Source: an uncultured delta proteobacterium
GTDB lineage: Bacteria > Chloroflexota > Dehalococcoidia > Dehalococcoidales > BS750m-G39
DNA: 64,000 bases
Reading direction: 5' to 3'
NCBI GenBank assembly: GCA_963739245.1
Contig: CAVTZP010000005.1
Span: 78,707-142,706 of the forward strand
This document shows positions 49,046-59,838 of the stretch, one piece after another; positions within the stretch are counted from its first letter, which is position 1; every line of letters begins with the position of its first letter. The notes beneath the pieces are model-generated. The model was not told the DNA's origin, did not search any database, and worked only from the letters and a program-made list of their open reading frames with translations. The position numbers and the translations under genes were made by a program.

Positions 49046-50434
49046 CTAGGCACCCTTCCCTTCGTCAAGCCGTCGGCTTCGTATCCGGTTATCAATGAAA
49101 CTCACCAGGAAAAGGAGTAAGCCGCTAATCAGCAGACCACCAAGGTCGAGGTATTTTATGTGCCCTAATTTACTAATAAGCCCCGCTGCCCCCCCGCCAA
49201 TAATTGCCACCAATGCCCCCATGGGGGTGAGCTTCAGCCTGTCCCTATAAAAGCCGGCGATTACCGGCAGAATCAAGCCGCAGGTATATATGGTATAGGC
49301 AAAAAGAAGGGCATTTATCACCCCTTTTAAGGTCAAGGCCAGGAGTAGGGAGAGTATCCCCAGGACTACTACCCCCCAGCGAGAAATAAGCACGACCTGT
49401 TTTTCATTGAGCGAAGGCCGGAGTTTTGTAATGATGTCGTTACTTAGTATGGTGCTAGCAGTCAGTAACAATGCTGGAGACATAATAGCGCTGACCACTG
49501 CCGCCAGAACGATAGCGCCCACAACTGGCGGAAAAACCCCTTGTATCAACGCCGGGAAGGCCTGTTCCGGTGAGATGTTGGGGAACAGGATTGATGCCCC
49601 CATCCCCATCAGGGTTATGGCAAAAGCGAGGGGGGCAATGAGCAGAGCCGCCCAGAATACGGAGTTTCTGGCCGTCTTGGCATCTCTGGCGCTGAAAAGT
49701 CGGGAATACATGTCCGGTCCGACCACGTAGGTGAGCCCAATCAATAGAAGGTAGGAGACCAGCTCATAACCGCCAAAAGTGGGGCTGAGAGGGAAGGAAA
49801 GCTTCGCGGGAGGAAGAGAGTTGACCAGTCCCCCAAATCCGCCCAGGCGTGATAAGAGCTGAGCTAAACCGACAAAGATGCCAGTAAATATCATGCCTGT
49901 CTGCAGTACATCAGTCTGGATAACCGCATACTGGCCACCAAGCAGTGTGTAGGTGATAAGGACGGCATTAAAAATCACCATCCAGAGAATCGGCGTTCCT
50001 ATTTTCAGGACGCTCAAAATCTGCCCTGCGGCCACAATCTGACCGGCGAGAACGCCCAACCAGGCAATCACGATGAGTATTGAAGCCGCCAGGGCAATAT
50101 TGTGTCCATATTGCTTTCCGATTAACTGCGGAAGTGTGTACAGGCCGAATTTCCTTACCCTTTCGGCAAAGAAAAGACCGAGGACAACCAGACCGATGCT
50201 CCCCACCAGAAGCCACCACGCCCCGGTAAGTCCACGACTGAAGCCCAAGCCAGCCATGCCTACTGTTGCTGACCCACCGATGATTGTTGCCACCAGAGAG
50301 CCCGCAATCCATGGAGTGGAGCTACGGCGGCTAGCAACAAAGAAGCCACTGGCATCACGGGCTGCTTTCCGGCTGAATATCCCGATGGCAACCACCACGG
50401 CGAAATAGACCGCAATAATTATCAGGTCAAGCAT
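49046..50434 (-). CDS. Sodium:solute symporter family protein
   Basis: SLVATIIGG, YTLLGG..AVIQTD, about 13 TM segments. Confidence 0.9.
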   Translation of the reverse strand: MLDLIIIAVYFAVVVAIGIFSRKAARDASGFFVASRRSSTPWIAGSLVATIIGGSATVGMAGLGFSRGLTGAWWLLVGSIGLVVLGLFFAERVRKFGLYTLPQLIGKQYGHNIALAASILIVIAWLGVLAGQIVAAGQILSVLKIGTPILWMVIFNAVLITYTLLGGQYAVIQTDVLQTGMIFTGIFVGLAQLLSRLGGFGGLVNSLPPAKLSFPLSPTFGGYELVSYLLLIGLTYVVGPDMYSRLFSARDAKTARNSVFWAALLIAPLAFAITLMGMGASILFPNISPEQAFPALIQGVFPPVVGAIVLAAVVSAIMSPALLLTASTILSNDIITKLRPSLNEKQVVLISRWGVVVLGILSLLLALTLKGVINALLFAYTIYTCGLILPVIAGFYRDRLKLTPMGALVAIIGGGAAGLISKLGHIKYLDLGGLLISGLLLFLVSFIDNRIRSRRLDEGKGA

Positions 50435-50520
50435 CTTATATCCTTCCTAGGGAAAATGTTTTTGAGGCGAACAATTGCCGGAAGCTAAAAAGCCCCGCCT
50501 AATAGGATTCCATACCGCCA

Positions 50521-50754
50521 CTATCTGCCTGGCTTCTCACTACCGATAATGGCAATCTCTATATTCCTGCCACAGTGAGGGCAGGTTAGAATAAGCGAAA
50601 CAGGCTGCTTCATCACCCGCTCAGCAACAGCACTAACCACTGAGTCAATATTATCCAGACGGTGGTCTAGACTATCAATACGCTGCTTAATGTGTTCAAT
50701 ATCCTGTACTTGAATCTTTTTTTCCGCCGATACCTCTTTCTTCGCCAAGAACAC
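50521..50754 (-). CDS. Small coiled-coil protein with CPHCG motif
   Basis: 77 aa; GAGG RBS with GTG start. Confidence 0.65.
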   Translation of the reverse strand: MFLAKKEVSAEKKIQVQDIEHIKQRIDSLDHRLDNIDSVVSAVAERVMKQPVSLILTCPHCGRNIEIAIIGSEKPGR

Positions 50755-50854
50755 ACCTCTGCAGAGATTGTAGCTGAACTAATTATATGGGTTAAAAAGC
50801 ACTATGTCAAAGAGCTGTTCTCATTCCATATCTTAGTGGTATCTCAACTTTCTA

Positions 50855-51053
50855 CACCCCCTCCCCGCTTTAAGCTTATCTTTTTTTCCCACCCTCCCGC
50901 CCTTAGGGGCTTCGCCCCCCCTCTCTAAGTCTTCTCCTTTTCAAGGAGGGGGGAAGAAAGAAAGAGGGGCGTCAGCCCCTCTTAGACGCCCCCTTAAGTT
51001 AGCCTCCTTGAAAAGGAGAGGGGGGATTGAGGGGGGATTAAGGGGGTGAGGTT
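50855..51053 (+). repeat. GC-rich repeat, copy 6 (long variant)
   Basis: AAGAGGGGCGTCAGCCCCTCTT; ends AAGGGGGTGAGGTT. Confidence 0.8.
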
Positions 51054-51132
51054 AATAAGCAACCTAAAGTATTGATTTACCCAAACTAGATGACGTATAC
51101 TAGAGTTAATAAAGGACAAAGGAGGTGCCCAA

Positions 51133-51384
51133 ATGCCAGAGGTGGTAATTGGAGAGGTGACTGACTTCTTTGCTCACCCTGTGGTGGCTGGTATTACTCT
51201 AAGCGGTCCCCTAGAGGTGGGTGACAAAATCCATATCAAGGGTCATACCACTGACCTGGAACTAACTATTGACTCCATGCAGATTAATAATGCGAACGTT
51301 CAAACCGCCAAGGCGGGAGATTCAATTGGGGTCAAGGTTGGCGATCGGGCGAGGAGGGGGGATATCGTCTACAAGGTTACCTGA
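51133..51384 (+). CDS. Translation elongation factor-like beta-barrel protein (U32 C-terminal-like)
   Basis: IGEVTDFF..VAGI..LEVGDKIHIKGHTTD..SMQI. Confidence 0.75.
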   Translation: MPEVVIGEVTDFFAHPVVAGITLSGPLEVGDKIHIKGHTTDLELTIDSMQINNANVQTAKAGDSIGVKVGDRARRGDIVYKVT

Positions 51385-51416
51385 AGGTTCCCCAGCGTCA
51401 CAGGAAGCGAAAAAGT

Positions 51417-51701
51417 ATGGTAAAGGTATTGATAGAGCGTCATGTAAAGAAGGGCAAAGAAGGGTATCTAATTGAGCTACTTAATAAGCTACGTGCTGAG
51501 CTAGTCGCACAGCCGGGTTATGTTTCCGGTGAGCTGCTCCAGAGCACAGAGGGCGAATCTACCATCTTTGCTCTTAGCACCTGGCTAAGTCCACTTGACT
51601 GGAAGTCCTGGGAGGGCAGCCCCCGGCGTCTAGAGGTTGAGTCAAAGATTGAATCGTTATTGACCGAACCGTCTAAATTGACTATTGCTACCGTTATTTA
51701 A
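51417..51701 (+). CDS. Antibiotic biosynthesis monooxygenase (ABM) domain protein
   Basis: QPGYVSGE..STW..W pattern. Confidence 0.75.
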   Translation: MVKVLIERHVKKGKEGYLIELLNKLRAELVAQPGYVSGELLQSTEGESTIFALSTWLSPLDWKSWEGSPRRLEVESKIESLLTEPSKLTIATVI

Positions 51702-51704
51702 TAA

Positions 51705-52172
51705 TCAGCCTATGCTTTTAGCCAGGTTTGCCATCTCAATGGCACTTGTTGCCGCCTTAAAGCCTTGATTTCCCTCTTTGGTTCCGGACCGATCAATTGC
51801 CTGCTCTAAGGTATCGGCGGTGACAATGCCGTAAATAACTGGCAGTCCGGTGTCCAAGCCAACCTTAGCAATCCCCTTGGTTACCTCAGCGGCAATGTAT
51901 TCAAAGTGAGGGGTTCCACCACGAATAACCGCTCCAAGGCAGATAATGGCGTCATAGCGCTTGGTCTGGGCTAATTTTTGGGCGATTAGCGGGATTTCAA
52001 AGGAGCCTGGCACCCAGGCAACATCTATGTCATCCTGGCTAACGCCGTGGCGAAGCAGGGCGTCCTGTGCCCCCTCAACCAGTTTCTTGGTGATGAACTC
52101 GTTGAAACGGGAGACCACCAGCCCAAATTTCAGCCCCTTCCCCAGTAACATACCTTCAAAAGGCTTGCTCAT
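51705..52172 (-). CDS. ribH: 6,7-dimethyl-8-ribityllumazine synthase
   Basis: [27 protein letters not shown]. Confidence 0.97.
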   Translation of the reverse strand: MSKPFEGMLLGKGLKFGLVVSRFNEFITKKLVEGAQDALLRHGVSQDDIDVAWVPGSFEIPLIAQKLAQTKRYDAIICLGAVIRGGTPHFEYIAAEVTKGIAKVGLDTGLPVIYGIVTADTLEQAIDRSGTKEGNQGFKAATSAIEMANLAKSIG

Positions 52173-52196
52173 TGCTTTCTCCTTATTTTAGTTTAA

Positions 52197-53411
52197 TTAA
52201 TCAGAAGCCTTGGGTATCTCTAGTAGATGACCCAGCTTCTTTCTTTTTGTCTCCAGGTAATCCCGGTTATAGGGATTGGGGGTGACGATGATGGGGAGGG
52301 TCTCCACCACCTTCAGCCCGTAACCCTCCAGACCGATGACCTTTTTGGGGTTGTTGGTGAGCAGCCGAATCTCATGCAAGCCAAGGTCAGCCAGGATCTG
52401 GGCACCGATGCCGTAGTCCCGCAGGTCGGAAGGGAAGCCCAGGGATAGATTAGCCTCCACTGTATCCAGCCCTTTATCTTGAAGGGCATAGGCGCGCATC
52501 TTATTATGGAAGCCAATGCCTCGTCCCTCCTGCCTCATATAGAGCAAGACGCCTCGACCTTCTTTCGCGATATTCTGCATGGCCAGGTCAATCTGCTCAC
52601 CGCAATCACAGCGAAGGCTACCAAATACATCGCCGGTGAGGCACTCACTGTGAACCCGGACTAAAACCGGTTCCTCGGTAGATATATCCCCTATGGCCAG
52701 TGCCAAGTGCTCATCCGGGTCTATGTCACTCTTGTAGGCGATAGCGGTAAACTCGCCATATCTTGTTGGCAATTTTGCCTCAGCTACCCGGTGCACCAGC
52801 TTTTCATGGCGGCGGCGGTAGGCAATAAGGTCGACTACACTTATAATCTTAATCCCAAACTTGTCTGTCATCGCCTCAAGTTGAGGTAGCCGCGCCATAG
52901 AGCCGTCCTCACTCATAATCTCACAGATAATCCCAGCGGGATAGAGCCCAGCCAGCCTGGCTAAGTCAACGATAGCCTCGGTATGGCCGGCTCGGGCGAG
53001 GACACCCCCCTCCCGTGCCTGCAGCGGGAATATATGTCCCGGTCGGGCTAAATCGTCAGCCCTGGTCGCCGGGTCAATGATAACCTTTATTGTCTCAGCT
53101 CTATCCGCCGCCGAAATGCCGGTGCTTATACCATGCTTGGCGTCAACAGAGACGGCAAAGGCAGTGGCGAACTTTGAGGTGTTGTCACCGACCATTAGGG
53201 GAATCCCCAACTCACTTAACCGCTTTCCGATGATAGGCAGGCAAATCAGTCCCCGAGCATGCTTGGCCATGAAGTTAATCGCCTCAGTGGTAACCTTCTC
53301 CGCGGCTAGCGCCAGGTCACCCTCGTTTTCCCTATCCTCATCATCAACGATGATGACAAATTTACCGGCCTTTATATCTTTAATCGCCTCAGCAATACTT
53401 GATAACCCCAT
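52197..53411 (-). CDS. ribBA: DHBP synthase / GTP cyclohydrolase II
   Basis: [31 protein letters not shown]. Confidence 0.97.
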   Translation of the reverse strand: MGLSSIAEAIKDIKAGKFVIIVDDEDRENEGDLALAAEKVTTEAINFMAKHARGLICLPIIGKRLSELGIPLMVGDNTSKFATAFAVSVDAKHGISTGISAADRAETIKVIIDPATRADDLARPGHIFPLQAREGGVLARAGHTEAIVDLARLAGLYPAGIICEIMSEDGSMARLPQLEAMTDKFGIKIISVVDLIAYRRRHEKLVHRVAEAKLPTRYGEFTAIAYKSDIDPDEHLALAIGDISTEEPVLVRVHSECLTGDVFGSLRCDCGEQIDLAMQNIAKEGRGVLLYMRQEGRGIGFHNKMRAYALQDKGLDTVEANLSLGFPSDLRDYGIGAQILADLGLHEIRLLTNNPKKVIGLEGYGLKVVETLPIIVTPNPYNRDYLETKRKKLGHLLEIPKASD

Positions 53412-53423
53412 ACTTAACCCCTC

Positions 53424-54053
53424 CTAGCTGGCCAAAAACCCATTCTGCTCAAGCAATTCAATAGTTACGCCCCGGTTGCCAGCCTGGCTGAATTGTTTCA
53501 CATACTTGGCAATAATATCCACCTCCAGATTAACCACATTACCCACTCGCTGGCTGCCTAAGGTGGTGTGTTTCAGGCTATAATCAACCACCGAGACCCA
53601 GAGTGAGCTGGTATCCTTAGTCACAATGGTTAGACTGACCCCGTCAACAGCGATAAAACCCTTCTCCACCAAATAGTCCATTACTTCAGGCGGGGCCTCA
53701 AATCTAATGAGCATTGCCTCATCCTCCCTGGTGATGGAACTCACCCTTCCGGTAGCATCAACATGTCCCTGCACCAAGTGTCCACCAAGACGCCCGCCTA
53801 AGGGTAGGGCTGGCTCCAGATTAACTGGGTCTCCGGCATAAAGCAGCCCAAGGTTAGTCCTTCTCAGTGTCTCCGGCATTATTTTCACGGAAAAAGAATT
53901 CCGGTCAAAATCGGTTACCGTCAGGCATACCCCGTTAATCGCCATACTGGCGCCACGCTCTATCCCCGGGATAACATCGCTGGCAGCGATAACAAGCTCA
54001 CCAGCTCGTGCCGATATGACCTTACCTACTTCTTCTATAATCCCGGTAAACAC
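53424..54053 (-). CDS. ribE: Riboflavin synthase alpha chain
   Basis: MFTGIIEE, NGVCLT, GGHLVQGHVD. Confidence 0.97.
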   Translation of the reverse strand: MFTGIIEEVGKVISARAGELVIAASDVIPGIERGASMAINGVCLTVTDFDRNSFSVKIMPETLRRTNLGLLYAGDPVNLEPALPLGGRLGGHLVQGHVDATGRVSSITREDEAMLIRFEAPPEVMDYLVEKGFIAVDGVSLTIVTKDTSSLWVSVVDYSLKHTTLGSQRVGNVVNLEVDIIAKYVKQFSQAGNRGVTIELLEQNGFLAS

Positions 54054-54065
54054 GTATTCTCCTCT

Positions 54066-55161
54066 TTATCTCGCAACATATCCACTGACTGCCAAGTCAT
54101 CGCCAAGCCTTTCCACTCTAACCCGCTCCAGTCTAAGCGATTCTGCCACCTTATCCACCCCTTTGCCAGCAACTGCCGTTTTTGCCTCGGCCCCGCCAAT
54201 GATAACCGGGGCGATAAAGGCGATAACCTTATCCACCAGCCCGTGGTCAAATAGAGAGCCAAACAGAATGCCACCGCCTTCAACTAAAACGCTGGTAATT
54301 TCCTGCTCACCTAATGCCGCCAGTAATCTTTCCAGGTCGACTAGCACCTTTGGCGGCGGGCAATTCCAGTATTTCAGCACCAGCCTGGGCAAAGGCTGTC
54401 TTCTCCTCCGGGGTAGCCTTTCTGCCCAGCGCCAGGATTGTTTTCCCCGGCTGCGTAAATACCCGAGCCGTTAGTGGCGTGCGCCCTTCACCATCTACAA
54501 TCACCCTGAGTGGTTGCTTTCTCACTGTGCCCCCCCGGCCACCACAGCATCTGGTGGTAAGGTGGGGGTCATCGGCTAAGACGGTGTTCACCCCGGCCAT
54601 AATAGCATCACTGATATAGCGCAGGTTGTGAGCATACTTCCTCGCCTCATTGCCGCTAATCCACCGGGAATCTCCCTTTCTGGTGGCAATCTTACCATCC
54701 AGGCTTACCGCAAATTTGGCGGTAACAAAGGGAATGCCGGTGGTAATGAATTTAGCATAAGCCTCATTAATCTCCTTAGCCTCCTCTTCATGCTCGCCAA
54801 GATAGGTTTTAATCCCATCCTTCTCCAGCTCGTCCTTACCCCGCCCTGATATTATGGGATTGGGGTCAATCATCGCCATATGGACCTCGCTGATGCCGGC
54901 AGCAGTGATTGCCTGGGTACAGGGTGGAGTCCGGCCATAATGGCAGCAGGGTTCGAGGGTGACATACATCGCGCCCCCTCTAGCCTCCTTCCCCGCCTGC
55001 TTCAGGGCTAACACCTCAGCATGATGGGAGCCCGGTGGTTGGGTATAGCCTTGCCCGACGACTACCCCCCCCTTGACCACCACCGCCCCTACCGCCGGGT
55101 TAGGACTAGCCTGTCCCTGGGCTAATCTAGCTAGAGAAAGAGCCTGTTCCATGTAGTTCAT
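54066..55161 (-). CDS. ribD: RibD deaminase/reductase, apparent frameshift near 54345
   Basis: HAE, TLEPCCH..PPC; second ORF VDLERLL..LVEGG continues after a one-base shift. Confidence 0.92.
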
Positions 55162-55217
55162 GGCATTGCCATTCTAACACCTCCCTCAAAAAAAGTGCAA
55201 CATTGGGGACTATTTAT

Positions 55218-55410
55218 CAACCTCACCCCCTAACCCCCTCTCCATTCTTGGAGAGGGGGAGTATTTTTAAAAGAGGGGCTGACGCCCCTCTTAGACACCC
55301 TGCCTCCGGGGGTAGGGAGAAAAAATTATGGGATAAGCCGCAGACGCTACGAGGGTGGGTGGGTGGGGAAAATAGATAAGCTTAAAGTGGGGAGGGGGAT
55401 GGGGCTACCC
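55218..55410 (-). repeat. GC-rich repeat, copy 7 (long variant)
   Basis: AACCTCACCCCC end; reverse-complement similarity to copies 4 and 6. Confidence 0.8.
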
Positions 55411-55473
55411 ATAGAAGAATGAAGCTCGATAGAGTATAATAGTAAAACTGCCTGGAGGGGGGGGTAGATTTAG

Positions 55474-56019
55474 ATGAAAGCCGTTTCCCGTGATATTTTG
55501 ATAACGCTCATACTGGCTGTAGTCATCTTCTTCGTATTACAAGCCGTAGTGCAGAGCTTCGTTATTGTCGGCTCCAGTATGGAACCTAACTTTCAGGATG
55601 GGGAGCGACTATTAATTAATAAACTGGTTTATAAAATCCATCAACCAGAAAGAGGCGAGGTAATTGTCTTTCACCCTCCCACCGACTCGCAGGTAGACTA
55701 TATTAAGCGCGTCATCGCTCTACCCGGCGAGACGGTGGCGGTGAAGGACGGGGTGGTATATATTAATGACCGCCTGTTAGACGAGCCTTACCAGCTCAAT
55801 GGGTTGCCTCAATATACTTTCACGGAGCTAAAAGTCCCTAGTAATGAATATTTTGTTCTTGGCGATAACCGCAATTACAGCAACGATTCCCATAATGGCT
55901 GGACAGTGCCCAGGAAAAATATAATCGGCAAAGTCTGGCTATTAATCTGGCCACCAAGCGAATGGGGGCTTGTTCACCACTACCCACTACCGGAGCAGCT
56001 TGTTAGCTTTGCTAAGTAG
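55474..56019 (+). CDS. lepB: Signal peptidase I
   Basis: GSSMEP, YIKRVIALPGE, LGDNRNYSNDS. Confidence 0.96.
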   Translation: MKAVSRDILITLILAVVIFFVLQAVVQSFVIVGSSMEPNFQDGERLLINKLVYKIHQPERGEVIVFHPPTDSQVDYIKRVIALPGETVAVKDGVVYINDRLLDEPYQLNGLPQYTFTELKVPSNEYFVLGDNRNYSNDSHNGWTVPRKNIIGKVWLLIWPPSEWGLVHHYPLPEQLVSFAK

Positions 56020-56053
56020 ATAGTCGCCTTTACTAGGGGTAGTTTGAAGGGGG

Positions 56054-56626
56054 ATGGGGTTGATAAAGAACGTAGAGGAAATCTTTAAGAAATCGGGGGC
56101 GATACTGGAGGGGCACTTCCTGCTCACCTCGGGGCGCCATTCCCCTGTCTACTGGGAGAAGTTCAAGGTCTTACAGTTCCCCAGCTATACCGAGCAGCTC
56201 TGCCAGATGATTGCCGACCACTTCCGGAAGCAAAAGATTCAACTTGTCGCCGGGCCGACCACTGGCGGCATTATTCTTGCCTTTGAAGTTGCCAGACAGC
56301 TAGGAGTAAGGGGCATATTTGCCGAAAAGGAAGGCGCCCAAGAGCGGGCTTTCCGGCGGGGCTTCACCATTAACCCCGGCGAGCGAGTCCTTATTGTTGA
56401 TGATATCCTCACCACCGGCGATTCCATACGCGAGGTTATGGCAGCGGTAACAGGGCTGGGTGGCAAAACAATAGGCATCGGGGTACTGGTTGACCGCTCC
56501 GAGCAAAAGATAGACTTTGGTGTCCCCCTCTTTAGCTGTCTCCGCTCCGAAACTATAACCTATCCCCCGCAGGACTGCCCCTTGTGTGCGGCTAAAATCC
56601 CTCTGGTCAAACCCGGCGGTGGGTAA
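56054..56626 (+). CDS. pyrE: Orotate phosphoribosyltransferase
   Basis: GHFLLTSGRHS, VDDILTTG. Confidence 0.95.
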   Translation: MGLIKNVEEIFKKSGAILEGHFLLTSGRHSPVYWEKFKVLQFPSYTEQLCQMIADHFRKQKIQLVAGPTTGGIILAFEVARQLGVRGIFAEKEGAQERAFRRGFTINPGERVLIVDDILTTGDSIREVMAAVTGLGGKTIGIGVLVDRSEQKIDFGVPLFSCLRSETITYPPQDCPLCAAKIPLVKPGGG

Positions 56627-56641
56627 AAAGTACTAAGACCG

Positions 56642-56670
56642 TTGACAAAACGATAATCAGCCCTTATACT
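56642..56670 (+). promoter_or_regulatory. pan operon promoter
   Basis: TTGACA-N17-TATACT. Confidence 0.75.
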
Positions 56671-56679
56671 GGAATTGCA

Positions 56680-56814
56680 ATAGCTATCGACCCATAGGGC
56701 GGTAAGCTTTTTAAGGTTTGTTAACAACTGGGGTCGCTTGGATCGGATACGACCGAGACGGCAAAAATAGAGCCTTTTTGATGCCTTCTCTGGCAGTGTC
56801 GGAGAAGGTTTTTT
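56680..56814 (+). ncRNA. Structured pan operon leader (pan RNA motif-like) ending in an intrinsic terminator
   Basis: About 160-nt 5' UTR; CGACCC/GGGTCG and GGTCG/CGACC pairings; CCTTCTC..GAGAAGG-TTTTTT at 56784..56814 before the first ORF. Confidence 0.65.
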
Positions 56815-56838
56815 GTAATCTTAATCTGGCTGGGGAAA

Positions 56839-57693
56839 ATGCTAAAATTGGGATTTATCGGCGCTGGAACCGTAGGTACTGCCCTAGCAGTTAGGCTGAG
56901 CAGCAAGGGCTATCCCGTCGTTGCTGTATCCAGCCGAAGCCGAGCCTCAGCCGAAAGGCTGGCACAGGCGATCAGTGGCTGCCGTGTATTTGATAACAGT
57001 CAAGACGTCGCTGACAATGCTGAACTTATCTTCATTACCACCCCTGATGATGCTATCGCCCCGGTAGCTTCTCAAGTAAAGTGGCACTCGGGACAGAGCG
57101 TGGTTCACTGTAGCGGTGCCGATTCCACCGATATTCTCCAACCAGCCAAGGGATCAGGGGCACAGGTTGGTGTTTTCCACCCCTTGCAGACCTTTGCCAG
57201 CGCCAAACAGGCGATAGAGAATATACCGGGCTCAACCTTTGCTCTTGAGGCTGGGGAGCCACTGCTAAAGACACTCAAGGAGATGGTTGCCGCCATCGGC
57301 GGTCACTGGGTGGAGCTAAAGGCAGGCGATAAGGTGCTCTATCACGCCGCCGCCGTCATTGCCTGTAACTACATGGTAACCCTCCTCAAGCTAGCCACTG
57401 ATTTGTGGCAGACCTTTAATGTCCCCCCGCAAAAAGCAACTCAAGCACTACTCCCGCTGCTAAGGGGGACAATTCATAATATTGAGACCGTTGGTATACC
57501 CCAGTGCCTTACCGGGCCAATCGCCCGTGGAGACGTGGGGACAATTCGGAAGCACCTTGATGCCCTAAGTCATAAAGCCCCCCATCTTGTCTCCACCTAT
57601 CGGGAGCTGGGGCTACAGACTATTCCCCTTGCCGTGGCCAAGGGGAGGATAAATCAAAACCAGGCGCAGGAGCTATGGGCGATACTGGAATAA
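56839..57693 (+). CDS. panG: Rossmann-like/DUF2520 protein, probable ketopantoate reductase (PanG-type)
   Basis: GFIGAGTVG, HCSGA, FHPLQTF, YHAAAV, TGPIARGD; first gene of pan operon. Confidence 0.75.
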   Translation: MLKLGFIGAGTVGTALAVRLSSKGYPVVAVSSRSRASAERLAQAISGCRVFDNSQDVADNAELIFITTPDDAIAPVASQVKWHSGQSVVHCSGADSTDILQPAKGSGAQVGVFHPLQTFASAKQAIENIPGSTFALEAGEPLLKTLKEMVAAIGGHWVELKAGDKVLYHAAAVIACNYMVTLLKLATDLWQTFNVPPQKATQALLPLLRGTIHNIETVGIPQCLTGPIARGDVGTIRKHLDALSHKAPHLVSTYRELGLQTIPLAVAKGRINQNQAQELWAILE

Positions 57694-57718
57694 CTCAGAA
57701 TAAATTTTGGAGGGTGTG

Positions 57719-58096
57719 ATGAGAATAATGCTTAAAAGCAAAATCCACCGAGCCCATGTCACCCAGGTCAACATCCACTACGAGGGGAGCATTGCCATTG
57801 ACAAAAGGCTTATGGAAGAGGCTGACATCCTTCCCTATGAGCAGGTTCAGGTACTGAATGTCAACAATGGTGCCCGTTTTGAGACCTATGCTATTGAAGC
57901 CGAGCCTGATAGCGGGGAGATTGGCATCCGGGGGGCGGCTGCCAGATTAGCCGCCGTCGGCGATATTGTTATCATCCTCACCTACCAGCAACTTGAAGAA
58001 GCGGAAGCCAAAAACTATGCTCCCAAGTTGGTATATGTTGACAAGAAAAACGCCATCACCGAGACCAAGCGGGTAGTCGGGGCTATATCTTTCTAG
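57719..58096 (+). CDS. panD: Aspartate 1-decarboxylase
   Basis: [25 protein letters not shown]. Confidence 0.97.
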   Translation: MRIMLKSKIHRAHVTQVNIHYEGSIAIDKRLMEEADILPYEQVQVLNVNNGARFETYAIEAEPDSGEIGIRGAAARLAAVGDIVIILTYQQLEEAEAKNYAPKLVYVDKKNAITETKRVVGAISF

Positions 58097-58103
58097 GAGA
58101 GAA

Positions 58104-58946
58104 ATGCGCATCACCGTAAGTCAGATAAAAGAGATGAAGCAAAAGGGCGAGAAAATCGCCATGCTTACCGCCTATGACTATCCCACCGCCAGGATTGTTG
58201 ACGAGGCGGGAATCCCGCTAATCCTGGTTGGAGATAGCCTGGGCATGGTTGTCCTCGGTTATGAATCAACCATACCGGTGACCATGGAGGAGATGCTCCA
58301 CCATACCAAGGCGGTGGTCAGGGGCACCAAGCAGGCGATGGTGATTGGCGATATGCCCTTTATGAGCTACCACATAAGCGCTGACGACGCCCTGCGTAAT
58401 GCCGCCCGTTTTATCCAGGAGGGGGGCGCTCAGGCCGTCAAGCTTGAGGGTGGGGTAACGGTGATGGAAAAGGTAATGAGGATTGTGAGGTGCGGCATTC
58501 CGGTTATGGGTCACATCGGGCTTACCCCCCAGTCAATCCATCAGCTCGGTGGTTTCAAGATGCAGGGTAAAACCCCGGAGGCCGCCGCCAGGGTACTTGA
58601 AGACGCCATAGCTTTAGAGGAGGCTGGAGCCTTTGCCATTGTCCTGGAGACCATTCCCGCCCAGCTTGCCCGGATAATCACGGAAAGGTTAAGCATCCCC
58701 ACCATCGGCATCGGTGCCGGCATACATTGCGATGGTCAGGTTCAGGTTATTAACGACATTCTGGGTTCGTACACCGAGTTTGTCCCCAAGCACGCCAAGC
58801 AATACGTCAAGCTCACCGATATTATCGCCAAGGCAGTAACTCAATACCAAAGCGAGGTGAAGGCTGGCACCTTCCCCACCGAGAAGCAAAGCTTTTCTAT
58901 AGACGAAAGCCTGCTGGCTGAGCTGACCACAGATGAAGGTCATTGA
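58104..58946 (+). CDS. panB: 3-methyl-2-oxobutanoate hydroxymethyltransferase
   Basis: MLTAYD, LVGDSLGM, KLEGG, GHIGLTPQ. Confidence 0.98.
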   Translation: MRITVSQIKEMKQKGEKIAMLTAYDYPTARIVDEAGIPLILVGDSLGMVVLGYESTIPVTMEEMLHHTKAVVRGTKQAMVIGDMPFMSYHISADDALRNAARFIQEGGAQAVKLEGGVTVMEKVMRIVRCGIPVMGHIGLTPQSIHQLGGFKMQGKTPEAAARVLEDAIALEEAGAFAIVLETIPAQLARIITERLSIPTIGIGAGIHCDGQVQVINDILGSYTEFVPKHAKQYVKLTDIIAKAVTQYQSEVKAGTFPTEKQSFSIDESLLAELTTDEGH

Positions 58947-59766
58947 AACAATTGCCGACCTCAGAAGGTTAAGGCCCAAGCTCCCCGAGCCGGTCGGCTT
59001 TGTCCCCACCATGGGCTATCTCCACGAAGGCCATCTGGTTCTAGCAAGACAAGCTAAAGCCGAAAACTCCTCGGTTGTCGTCAGTATCTTTGTTAACCCC
59101 ACCCAGTTTGGTCCCCACGAAGATTTTAAGAAATATCCCCGCGACCCCCAGCGCGACCTGGCTATGCTGGAAAAAGAAGGGGTTGATATTGTCTTTATGC
59201 CATCGGTAGCCGAGATGTACCCCCCAGAGTTCAGTAGCTGGGTAGACGTTGGCAAGATTAGCGAACGGCTGGAGGGCGCCTCCCGCCCCGGTCATTTTCG
59301 GGGGGTGGCGACGGTGGTTGCCAAGCTGTTTAACCTCGTCCAGCCCGATAGAGCCTACTTCGGGCAGAAGGACGCCCAGCAGCTTATAGTTATCAAGAAG
59401 ATGGCGGCTGAGCTTAATATGAACCTGGAGGTCGTTGCTGTGCCTACGGTGCGCGAGCCTGATGGTCTGGCGATGAGCAGCCGCAATACCTATTTAAATC
59501 CCGAAGAACGAAAGGCCGCCGTCGTCTTATATCAGGCGCTTACTCTGGCGCAAAAGCTCTGGTCGCAGGGGGAGAAAGACGCCCAGACCATCCGCCAGCA
59601 GATGACCGAGCTTATTCAGAAGCAGCCATTGGCAAATATAGAATATATCAGCATCGCCGACGCTGAGACCTTAGACGAGCTAGACACAGTCAAACCCCCG
59701 GCATTAGTCTCACTGGCGGTAAGAATTGGCAAGACTAGACTAATAGATAATATAGTGGTGGGATAG
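58933..59766 (+). CDS. panC: Pantoate-beta-alanine ligase
   Basis: VPTMGYLHEGH, FGQKDAQQ, GLAMSSRN, RLIDN. Confidence 0.98.
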   Translation: MKVIETIADLRRLRPKLPEPVGFVPTMGYLHEGHLVLARQAKAENSSVVVSIFVNPTQFGPHEDFKKYPRDPQRDLAMLEKEGVDIVFMPSVAEMYPPEFSSWVDVGKISERLEGASRPGHFRGVATVVAKLFNLVQPDRAYFGQKDAQQLIVIKKMAAELNMNLEVVAVPTVREPDGLAMSSRNTYLNPEERKAAVVLYQALTLAQKLWSQGEKDAQTIRQQMTELIQKQPLANIEYISIADAETLDELDTVKPPALVSLAVRIGKTRLIDNIVVG

Positions 59767-59838
59767 GAGTTGGGTGAAGCTTGAGGATGGTCTTCTATTG
59801 AATCTTGAGAAGACTCACTAGTTGAGAAACGAAATAAT

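Noticed and set aside
55162-55470. FMN riboswitch upstream of the rib operon
   Set aside because: No RFN consensus; a promoter lies close to the ribD start and the rest is a repeat copy
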